Source: Candidatus Hodarchaeota archaeon (GTDB lineage: Archaea; Asgardarchaeota; Lokiarchaeia; Sigyniarchaeales; SOKP01). From it: a stretch of DNA of 15,014 nt. How positions within the stretch are numbered: the first letter of the stretch is position 1; every line of letters starts with the position of its first letter. A model generated the notes under the pieces. It worked only from the letters and a program-made list of their open reading frames with translations, searched no databases and was not told the DNA's origin. Positions 6,676-14,395 of this stretch are shown in pieces. A program made the position numbers and the translations under genes. The DNA is taken from NCBI GenBank assembly GCA_048886685.1, contig JBHLKM010000011.1:1-15014 (forward strand), in the 5' to 3' direction.

Positions 6676-8496
6676 TTAATCCTTGAAATACATGTTTTTA
6701 TATTTTGAACAAAAATGATTAAATTGTAACCCCTTTACATTAGATCGATAAATGTTAAAATGATGTTTGCTATAAAGATAACACATTGGAAAAACCTCTT
6801 CAATTAACCTTTTTTGAATTTGGTAATATAATTCTTCCCTCACGGTTTCGTTAGTTTCTCCTATAGCTTCTTCCATCCTTTGCTGTGTTAGAGCGTCATT
6901 AACTTGACAATAATTTAAATCTAACGATTTATTTGAACATAAGATATTGATAATACTACTAGGATCATTAAAATTAGGAACAAAATTCATCCAGCCAATT
7001 TCAACCATGTTCAAGTGATAAGGAGGTATTTCCATATATATATTAAAATATTCTCCAATTGTTACATTGGCATCTACTACTTTGATACCTATTTGTTTTA
7101 AATTTTCCGTTAAAATAGCCAAAAGCGTATCAGAAAATGGTGATGGAATAGTTGTATAGTTGTATGTAACTAGGGGGGTCCCATCATCTACTAGCTTTCC
7201 CCATTCATTACCCACAGAAACATTATCATCAGCAGTTAAGGCTCCAGCTATTCCAGCCCAGTTAACGTCTTTTAGCGTTTGTCGCGCCATTGAAACATTA
7301 TAGTAAGGAATATCAATATTGGTAGTATTTGAATATAATATTCCTTCTGGTATGGGAGATTTAAGCCTTGTTCCATGACCATTTAACCATTTATCAATAA
7401 AAGCTGAGTAATTAAAAGCATATGAGATTGCTTTTCTCATAGTTACATTGAGTAATTCGTTGTTCATTATTAGATAACAAAAGACCGTAGCTGGGGGTCC
7501 TTCTTCCACTATAATATCAGGATGATTTATAAATGTGTCTAGGAGGTCTTTATCATAATAGATATTATTGACGTAGTCTGTATCCATTAATAACTCTACG
7601 TTTCCACTCAAAACTGAAAGATCTCCCGATAATATCGCATCATATCTAGCTTCATTAGTATCATAATTTTTGAATATTAATTTATCAATCTGGGGTTTGT
7701 CGCCCCAATAGTTTGGATTGGAAGATAATGTGGTATTTATACTAAAGGAAAAATTTATAATTGGATTATATACAAAGGTAGTTGAATCATAAATAAATGG
7801 ACCCGTTCCGATTATCTTTTCAGTTAGGTGATCAATAAAAAGATCACTTGGGGTGGAAGTAGGAGATAATATAAATGCAGTATGAGACGCTAATAATGCA
7901 GTGAGGGGAACATAGGGCTTATTTAATATAATCTTCACATTATAATCTCCATCGGATTCCGTCCTGTTTATAATTCGATTTTTATAATTCGTTCGATTCC
8001 CATCGGGAAATATCCAAAATTGTGCCTTCGTCCAATGCATTTTACCATTGTCGATTAAAGCGTATATCCTTTTAATATTCCATTGAACTGCTGCAGCATT
8101 AAATGCAGTTCCATCATGGAACTGAACCCCTTGTCTTAGTTCACATGTTAATTCTGTATAATTTCCATTCCATGTATGATTAATAGCAAGGTTATGAATT
8201 ACACGAGACTGTTCACCAGCAATGTTATGAGTAAATAATCCTTCAGCAGCTTGACTTATTATCTCATAATCAGTTGGAGCCCAAGTTTGAAGAGGATCAA
8301 TCCCAATACCTAAACCCATATATGACACATAAAGAATTTTTTTTTTTGGTATTTTTGTAAAAATAACTATTCCACCAATAATTCCTGCTATAGCTACAAC
8401 AGCAATTATTCCAAGACCTAAAATTGGTTTTTTCTTTAACAATCGGACTTCCTTTTTAGGAAGTTTTTTCTTTGGTGCTTTATGATCTATACTCAT
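6676..8496 (-). CDS. ABC transporter substrate-binding protein, family 5 (DppA/OppA-like), N-terminally membrane-anchored
   Basis: EGLF, LRQGVQFHDGTAFNAAAVQWN, GTGPF, NPNYWG, MRKAISYAFN, LKQIGIKV and REELYYQIQ are family-5 motifs. A basic stretch plus TM helix forms the N-terminus. Confidence 0.93.
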   Translation of the reverse strand: MSIDHKAPKKKLPKKEVRLLKKKPILGLGIIAVVAIAGIIGGIVIFTKIPKKKILYVSYMGLGIGIDPLQTWAPTDYEIISQAAEGLFTHNIAGEQSRVIHNLAINHTWNGNYTELTCELRQGVQFHDGTAFNAAAVQWNIKRIYALIDNGKMHWTKAQFWIFPDGNRTNYKNRIINRTESDGDYNVKIILNKPYVPLTALLASHTAFILSPTSTPSDLFIDHLTEKIIGTGPFIYDSTTFVYNPIINFSFSINTTLSSNPNYWGDKPQIDKLIFKNYDTNEARYDAILSGDLSVLSGNVELLMDTDYVNNIYYDKDLLDTFINHPDIIVEEGPPATVFCYLIMNNELLNVTMRKAISYAFNYSAFIDKWLNGHGTRLKSPIPEGILYSNTTNIDIPYYNVSMARQTLKDVNWAGIAGALTADDNVSVGNEWGKLVDDGTPLVTYNYTTIPSPFSDTLLAILTENLKQIGIKVVDANVTIGEYFNIYMEIPPYHLNMVEIGWMNFVPNFNDPSSIINILCSNKSLDLNYCQVNDALTQQRMEEAIGETNETVREELYYQIQKRLIEEVFPMCYLYSKHHFNIYRSNVKGLQFNHFCSKYKNMYFKD

Positions 8497-8740
8497 TTTA
8501 AGATATCCTTAGGTTATGTCTCATTAATATAATTGTTAATTTTTTATTTAGGCTTCAAATTTATAATATAAAATAATTTAGATGGATCCATAATTAAGGT
8601 TTTTGATTATTAATGGATTGCAATCTACAGAAAGTATAGATAACTGATTGTAAATCACCTTTATTTCAAACCAAGTAATGGATTTGATTAGGTTTCACTT
8701 AGTTTTTCCTATTATTTTAAGAAACTATTGATAAAAACAC

Positions 8741-8837
8741 AAAAATAAAAAAAAAGAGAGATAGAATAGGAGGAAAGAGTTTAGAAAAAAAGCATCTCGC
8801 ACACCCTGATCCAAACTAATAATCCTCCCCTTTCTAT
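8741..8837 (-). terminator. Long structured hairpin followed by a U-tract, downstream of the secreted-protein gene
   Basis: Minus-strand nested pairings ATAGAA/TTCTAT, GGAGGA/TCCTCC, AGTTTGG/CTAAACT (one GU) and AGGGTGT/ATGCTTT (GU-rich), followed by a T-run (plus-strand A-run 8741-8755). Confidence 0.5.
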
Positions 8838-8918
8838 AGTTTTTTTAGAATTCTTTGGAAAGAAAAATTTCACCCAAAATAGGCTCCCTGCAATTAGCAT
8901 TACTCCGATAAAATCTAT

Positions 8919-9659
8919 TTAATACAATTTTATGAAGTTGCAAGGCCATATTGGCCAAAATGGATCTATAAAATTATATCCCTTCTTTGCGGATCCATAC
9001 GTAGCTCCTACTACTTTTGCAACATCTCCAAGCTCTAAACCATTCCAGTCATTAACCATTTCTCCTTTACCTGTACCGATAAAGAGCACGCTTACAAACT
9101 CCAATCCAAACTCATACCACATAAGAGCATCAAAAGCAAGAGGCAAATATCCAGGTAGTATAACATACCCTGTCTCATCATCAAAGCCATCATCATCTAA
9201 CCATGGTACTAACCAAGGCGGCCATTCTTCTAAATCAACTATGAATCTTAACTGAAATATATAATCCATTTTCCCTACAAATAGTGTGATGATATTACTA
9301 GGATCAGGATCATATGTTTCGACTAGTACCGGCGCTCCTTTTACTCGTATGTGGACTGTTATCATATGTCTTCCATCAGGCAATTCTCTTTCAAGGATGT
9401 GTCCATGATAATCGCACTCCAATATAGATACGAAATTCCAATAAGGATCATATTCGCGATGTGGGCAGATTACTAACTGTTCTGAAGCCCAATATCCTAT
9501 ATGATCATTTAAAGGAGTTACGCCATCAACTGATATGAGCCAATCATCTTCGAGAGATCTTTTTATAGTACCGTGTCCCAGAACTGTAGGTAAAAAGCAA
9601 ATTACTAAGAGCCCTAGAGCTACACTTAATAAAATTTTTTTATTTTTCATTTTTTTCAT
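8919..9659 (-). CDS. Secreted hypothetical protein with signal peptide
   Basis: MKKMKNKK, a hydrophobic core, then TVLG as a likely cleavage region. AAGAGG lies directly before the first ATG. The mature part is rich in Trp, Pro and Asp; no family recognised. Confidence 0.8.
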   Translation of the reverse strand: MKKMKNKKILLSVALGLLVICFLPTVLGHGTIKRSLEDDWLISVDGVTPLNDHIGYWASEQLVICPHREYDPYWNFVSILECDYHGHILERELPDGRHMITVHIRVKGAPVLVETYDPDPSNIITLFVGKMDYIFQLRFIVDLEEWPPWLVPWLDDDGFDDETGYVILPGYLPLAFDALMWYEFGLEFVSVLFIGTGKGEMVNDWNGLELGDVAKVVGATYGSAKKGYNFIDPFWPIWPCNFIKLY

Positions 9660-9710
9660 CCTCTTTCTTTTTTTAAATTAGTGTTAACTGAAATTTAACA
9701 CACAAATTAA

Positions 9711-9751
9711 TTTTTAGATTTAGCTTCGAAACTTTACACAAAGCTCGAATA
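9711..9751 (-). promoter_or_regulatory. Conserved ~41-bp inverted-repeat element (copy 2) upstream of the secreted-protein gene
   Basis: The minus strand reads tattcgagctttgtgtaaagtttcgaagctaaatctaaaaa, 36/41 identical to 422-462. It ends 51 nt before the ATG at 9659. Confidence 0.6.
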
Positions 9752-9866
9752 TTGATAAATTAAAGCCTTATTCATGAAAAATATAGGTATTAGACAAAAG
9801 AATGTAAAAATTTCTTTTTGTAAAAATCATATAGAATTTACCAAATTGTGATAAAAAGGTATTCTA

Positions 9867-10574
9867 TTAGTTAAGAATAAAATACATTCTTCGGTTATTT
9901 TTCCCCTTGTTTACTGTCTTAATTACCTCAATTTTTCCAATTTCGGAGAGGCGGTTGACATGAGTCCCACCATCCACTTGTTTATCGATATCTCCTATAT
10001 TTACAATGCGAAATTCTTTAATATTTTTAGGTAATCCTACAGCTAATCGAGCTAATTCTGGTTTTCTTAGAACATCTTGTCTTGCCATATATTCTACGGT
10101 AATAGGCAGATCTTGCTCTATAATTTTATTGGCTTCATCTACATACGTTATTAATTTTTCTGGGGAATAATCAATCATAGAAAAATCCATTCTTGTTTTG
10201 TCTAATTCAATTTGATTACCTGTTATCTTAGCACCGGCTCTATTATAGAGTATATTTGAAATAAGATGAGATGCTGTGTGATATCGCATATATGTATATC
10301 TTCGTTCCCAATCTAACTCACAAGAAACTATATCACCTTCTTTCAATCCCGGTTTATCAACTTCGTGGCTAATTTCTCCAGAAAATTTACCAACGTAAAC
10401 AACTCTATACTTTTCATTATCCTTAATAATATAACCCTCATCCCAATTTTGTCCACCCCCTTTAGGGTAGAAGGCGGTTTGATCAAGTATAATAAATTTT
10501 CCATCTTTAACGTTAGTAACCTTGGCATCCCAACTTTTAAGATAGGAATCATCCATATATAACGCTCTTGCCAT
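9867..10574 (-). CDS. alaXM: Alanyl-tRNA editing protein AlaX (AlaX-M type)
   Basis: LYMDDSYL, LDQTAFYPKGGGQ, LDWERRY..MRYHTASH (HxxxH) and DGGTHV. 235 aa, with no aminoacylation domain. Confidence 0.93.
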   Translation of the reverse strand: MARALYMDDSYLKSWDAKVTNVKDGKFIILDQTAFYPKGGGQNWDEGYIIKDNEKYRVVYVGKFSGEISHEVDKPGLKEGDIVSCELDWERRYTYMRYHTASHLISNILYNRAGAKITGNQIELDKTRMDFSMIDYSPEKLITYVDEANKIIEQDLPITVEYMARQDVLRKPELARLAVGLPKNIKEFRIVNIGDIDKQVDGGTHVNRLSEIGKIEVIKTVNKGKNNRRMYFILN

Positions 10575-10621
10575 GAAGAGTAAAAATGTTTTTAAACTTA
10601 AAAGTTTTTAATCTATATTTT

Positions 10622-10780
10622 TTAGTCTTTTTCATGGATTTCTGAAGGTTTTACACCATCAAACAATTCAAGTTTTAAGAACCTCTTCTCTTTTTTACAA
10701 TTAGGACAAAAGTAATAACCTGGTTCTTTATTCCTATAACTAAAACCACATTCCTTACATACTGCGTAAAACAAAGACAT
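10622..10780 (-). CDS. 52-aa Cys4 zinc-ribbon microprotein (paralog A), not in the ORF track
   Basis: Translated by hand: MSLFYAVCKECGFSYRNKEPGYYFCPNCKKEKRFLKLELFDGVKPSEIHEKD*. CxxC-x13-CxxC. Confidence 0.85.
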   Translation of the reverse strand: MSLFYAVCKECGFSYRNKEPGYYFCPNCKKEKRFLKLELFDGVKPSEIHEKD

Positions 10781-10807
10781 ATAATAAAAAAAATTATAGA
10801 TGATTAT

Positions 10808-10960
10808 TTAATTTATCTCGTGAAGTTCGTTTGGTTTCGCACCGCAAAAAGCTTCGAACTTGAAAAACTTCATTTCTTTATTACAATTAGGGCAGAAATA
10901 GGTACCAGGGTTCTTATTCTCAAATGAATACCCACATTCTTTACAAACAATCGTATTCAT
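10808..10960 (-). CDS. 50-aa Cys4 zinc-ribbon microprotein (paralog B), not in the ORF track
   Basis: Translated by hand: MNTIVCKECGYSFENKNPGTYFCPNCNKEMKFFKFEAFCGAKPNELHEIN*. 29/50 identical to paralog A without gaps. Confidence 0.85.
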   Translation of the reverse strand: MNTIVCKECGYSFENKNPGTYFCPNCNKEMKFFKFEAFCGAKPNELHEIN

Positions 10961-11143
10961 ACTTTAACTATCCCAAATAGAATTTTAATAGCTTGTTATT
11001 ATGAAGTAGAAAATTGTATAATTTCAGATATACTTTTAATAAGTTCTTCATAAAGAAAATAAATAAATTAAAAATCGGATATAATTAATTTATATCTAAT
11101 TAATGATATTACATATTACTATCATCTAACTACATCAAATTAA

Positions 11144-12190
11144 TTGATCTTCATGAAATCTGTCGAATGGGCTGGTTCTAAATTTGAAGTTAAAAATGGC
11201 TTCCTTGATTTAGGTCTCTTAGAAATTAAAAATATTGAGGAAATTATTGGCTTAGATAAATTAAAAGATCTTATTAATTTAGAACTTAGCTCTAATGAAA
11301 TCGTTGTAATAAGGGGGTTAGACAATCTAACAGAATTGGAGATTCTAAATTTAGGGAGCAATAAAATAAGAGAAATAAAAGGATTAGACAAACTTGAGAA
11401 TCTTAAAATCTTGCATTTAATAAGCAATGAAATTAAAGAACTTAAAGGATTGCAAAATTTAACTAATTTAAAAGAATTATATCTTAGAGGAAACCAAATT
11501 GAAGAGTTAAAAGGTTTAGAAAATCTTACTTCTCTTCAGAGATTAGATTTATCATGGAACAACATCTCAAAAATCCAAGGACTCGATAATTTGGGTAACC
11601 TCGAAGTTTTATGGATTGCAGGAAATCAATTGCAGAAAATTGAAAACTTAGATAATCAAAAGAATCTACAAGTTTTAAATGTAGCAGGAAATCAAATAAA
11701 AAGTATAGATGGATTTGAAAATTTGAAGAATTTAAAAAGTCTTTATCTTAACAATAATTTAATTTCAGAAATAAAAAATCTTGAAGCATTAGAAAATTTG
11801 GAAACGCTTTGGCTAAATTCAAACGAAATTTCAGAAATAAAGGGATTACGTAACTGCAAGGAATTAAAAATCTTAAATTTAAAACAAAATAAAATCAACC
11901 ATATTAAGGGTTTATATTCTCTCACAAATTTGGAGAATCTTTTTCTTTCAGAAAATAATATAGGTGAAATTAAAGGATTAGAACCACTCATAAAATTGGA
12001 AACACTTGATTTGGGCCAAAATAAGATAATTCAAGTTAAGGGTTTAGAATCTTTATTTAATTTAAAAGATTTATGGATTGCAGAGAATTTGATACCTCAA
12101 AAAATAATTGATCAATTGGGAGGTTTAGATTCTGGCGGGTGTGCAAATGAACCCTTAAAATTTGTTCAATATTGTCTTGTGAACCTTTAA
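11144..12190 (+). CDS. Leucine-rich repeat protein, SDS22-like 22-residue repeats
   Basis: About 12 complete LxxLxLxxNxIxxIxGLxxLxx repeats plus degenerate terminal ones. The start may be the ATG at 11153 rather than the TTG at 11144. Confidence 0.93.
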   Translation: MIFMKSVEWAGSKFEVKNGFLDLGLLEIKNIEEIIGLDKLKDLINLELSSNEIVVIRGLDNLTELEILNLGSNKIREIKGLDKLENLKILHLISNEIKELKGLQNLTNLKELYLRGNQIEELKGLENLTSLQRLDLSWNNISKIQGLDNLGNLEVLWIAGNQLQKIENLDNQKNLQVLNVAGNQIKSIDGFENLKNLKSLYLNNNLISEIKNLEALENLETLWLNSNEISEIKGLRNCKELKILNLKQNKINHIKGLYSLTNLENLFLSENNIGEIKGLEPLIKLETLDLGQNKIIQVKGLESLFNLKDLWIAENLIPQKIIDQLGGLDSGGCANEPLKFVQYCLVNL

Positions 12191-12277
12191 GTTTAGAATT
12201 ATGTTATCTTATTAAATATTTTATATTTACAATTTTCCATTTATGTATATTTATAAGTGCGTAATTTTACTTGGTTT

Positions 12278-12427
12278 ATGATGAGATTAAAAGATAATTC
12301 AACGACTACTATAACCATAGGAAAATGTGAATTATGTGGGGGTAGTGGTAGAATTATTATTTTTCGAAATGACTTAGAAGAATTTGAAGAAATCGAATGT
12401 GAAAAGTGCAATACTAGACGCCATTAA
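12278..12427 (+). CDS. 49-aa Cys4 microprotein with a DnaJ-type CxxCxGxG motif, not in the ORF track
   Basis: Translated by hand: MMRLKDNSTTTITIGKCELCGGSGRIIIFRNDLEEFEEIECEKCNTRRH*. CELCGGSG, then CEKC 20 residues after the first pair. Confidence 0.7.
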   Translation: MMRLKDNSTTTITIGKCELCGGSGRIIIFRNDLEEFEEIECEKCNTRRH

Positions 12428-12581
12428 AGAGAATACAAGATACTGAATCCCTACATATTCTAATAGTGTTTTATCTCTCTTCATTTGGAACCTTTAATAC
12501 TTACTTATTTTAGAAAAAATTATATTATACTAAATGTATTAATTAGATTATCTTAAAATTACAATTTCAAAGTAAAAGAAA

Positions 12582-13835
12582 TTGATAGATATTAATCCTT
12601 TTGAAAGTGCGAAAAAAAAACTCGACATTGCAGCTGAAGTAATTGATTTAAATCCTAACACTCTTGAATATTTGAAAAAAGTAGAAAGATCTTTAATTGT
12701 ATCTATGCCTGTCATGATGGATGATGGTTCACTTGAAATTTTTGAAGGTTATAGAGTGCATCATTCAACCTTACGTGGACCTGCGAAAGGTGGTTTGAGA
12801 TATTCCCCAGATGTAACCTTGGATGAGATAAAAGCACTTGCTTTCTTAATGACATTTAAAACCAGTCTTTTAGGTTTACCTTTAGGAGGATCTAAGGGGG
12901 GAATCTGTGTAGACAGGAAGAAATTATCCTATAATGAGTTAAGAAAACTTACGAGAAGATATACTTCCGAAGTTCTAAATATGATCGGACCGGATATCGA
13001 TATTCTTGCTCCAGATATGAATACTGATGAGCAGATCATGGCCTGGATAATGGATACATACAGTATGAACAAGGGAAGGTCTGTTCCAGGAGTCGTAACT
13101 GGAAAACCAATTGAAATTGGAGGAACTGTAGGGAGAACCGAAGCCCCTGGGACAGGAATGTATTATATTCTCCAGTCTTTATGTGAAAGAGAAAATTTTA
13201 GTTTAACATCAAGTAAAGTAGCAATTCAGGGATTCGGAAAAGTAGGGAGAGTAGTTGCTCAAATATTAAATGATGTTGGTTGTAAAATCATCGCCATCAC
13301 AGATTCAGAAGGAGGAATTCATTCTGAGAAAGGTTTAAACATTAATAAACTAATTAGTTGGAAATTACAAGGTAATTCATTGAAGGATTATAAAGAAAAC
13401 ACTGTTAAAATTATTACAAACAAAGACTTATTCAGAACGAAGTGTGACATTCTTATCCCCGCAGCAACAGAAAATCAGATTTTTAGTGGGAATGCAAATG
13501 AAATTGATTGCCATATTATCTTAGAGGGTGCTAATAGCCCTACAACATCGAAAGCAGACGCTATTTTAAATGAAAAAGGGATAATTGTAATTCCAGATAT
13601 TCTAGCAAATGCAGGTGGTTTATCTGTTTCCTATTTTGAATACATTCAAGACATACATTCATACTTTTGGAACCTTGAAAGAGTAAATAATGAAATGAAA
13701 CGAATTTTACTTAGAGCTTTTGAATTCATTCTAAACTTATCAAGCGATAGAGAGATATCATATCGTACTGCTGCTTATGCAATAGGAGCAGAAAGATTAG
13801 CTAAAGCACATGAATTGAGGGGGTTATTTCCATGA
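12582..13835 (+). CDS. gdhA: Glutamate dehydrogenase (Glu/Leu/Phe/Val dehydrogenase family), copy 1
   Basis: GPAKGGLRY, MTFK, LPLGGSKGG, APDMNT, VTGKP, QGFGKVG, EGAN, PDILANAGG and SYFEY. TTG start. Confidence 0.95.
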   Translation: MIDINPFESAKKKLDIAAEVIDLNPNTLEYLKKVERSLIVSMPVMMDDGSLEIFEGYRVHHSTLRGPAKGGLRYSPDVTLDEIKALAFLMTFKTSLLGLPLGGSKGGICVDRKKLSYNELRKLTRRYTSEVLNMIGPDIDILAPDMNTDEQIMAWIMDTYSMNKGRSVPGVVTGKPIEIGGTVGRTEAPGTGMYYILQSLCERENFSLTSSKVAIQGFGKVGRVVAQILNDVGCKIIAITDSEGGIHSEKGLNINKLISWKLQGNSLKDYKENTVKIITNKDLFRTKCDILIPAATENQIFSGNANEIDCHIILEGANSPTTSKADAILNEKGIIVIPDILANAGGLSVSYFEYIQDIHSYFWNLERVNNEMKRILLRAFEFILNLSSDREISYRTAAYAIGAERLAKAHELRGLFP

Positions 13836-14395
13836 AGTTAATGAAAATTTATTTGAAATTTAATAGAATTCTAAAGGTGAAAAATTATAGAATTAAATCC
13901 ATTTGAAGTAGCAAAAAAACAAATTGATATTGTAGCAGAAGAAATGGGATTAGATCCTAATGTCACTAAATTTCTTAAAAGGGTTGAAAGAGCTTTAATA
14001 GTGAGCATTCCAATTATTATGGATGATGGCTCACTTCAAATTTTTGAAGGATATCGGGTTCAACATTCAACTGTGCGAGGACCAGGAAAGGGAGGTATGA
14101 GATTTGCTCCTAATGTCAACCTCAATGAAGTTAAAGCATTGGCTACATGGATGACTTGGAAGTGTAGTCTTTTAAAATTACCATTAGGAGGTGCTAAAGG
14201 AGGAATATGCGTAAATCCAAGAGAATTATCAAGAAATGAACTAGAAAAACTGACAAGAAGATTTACAACTGAGATAATAAATATTATCGGACCTGACATA
14301 GATGTACCCGCTCCAGATGTTAATACAAATGCTCAGATCATGGCCTGGATAATGGATACATACAGTATGAACAAGGGAAGATCTGTTCCAGGAGT
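13032..14395 (+). repeat. Direct repeat between gdh paralogs: 13032-13093 and 14334-14395 (61/62 identical, 47 bp perfect)
   Basis: cagatcatggcctggataatggatacatacagtatgaacaagggaag is identical in both genes, followed by one mismatch and tctgttccaggagt. The offset is 1302 nt. Confidence 0.9.

Noticed and set aside
8761-8837. Hairpin considered as a Lokiarchaeal SECIS element
   Set aside because: No AUGA/GA kink-turn quartet is visible and the upstream gene has no in-frame TGA.
8932-9255. 107-aa plus-strand Ser/Pro-rich ORF
   Set aside because: Antisense shadow of the secreted-protein gene; its composition mirrors the opposite-strand codons.
422-9751. The two inverted 41-bp copies as terminal inverted repeats of a 9.3-kb mobile element
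   Set aside because: No transposase or recombinase lies between them and no target-site duplication is evident; their matched spacing to start codons fits a regulatory role better.
10343-10562. 69-aa (-) and 65-aa (+) ORFs
   Set aside because: Both lie within alaX, which has clear family motifs.
11140-11991. 95-aa and 82-aa minus-strand ORFs, and the 66-nt periodicity as a possible CRISPR or DNA repeat array
   Set aside because: Antisense shadows of the LRR gene. The periodicity comes from protein repeats, with no identical repeats separated by unique spacers.
14060-14299. 79-aa minus-strand ORF
   Set aside because: Antisense shadow of gdh copy 2.
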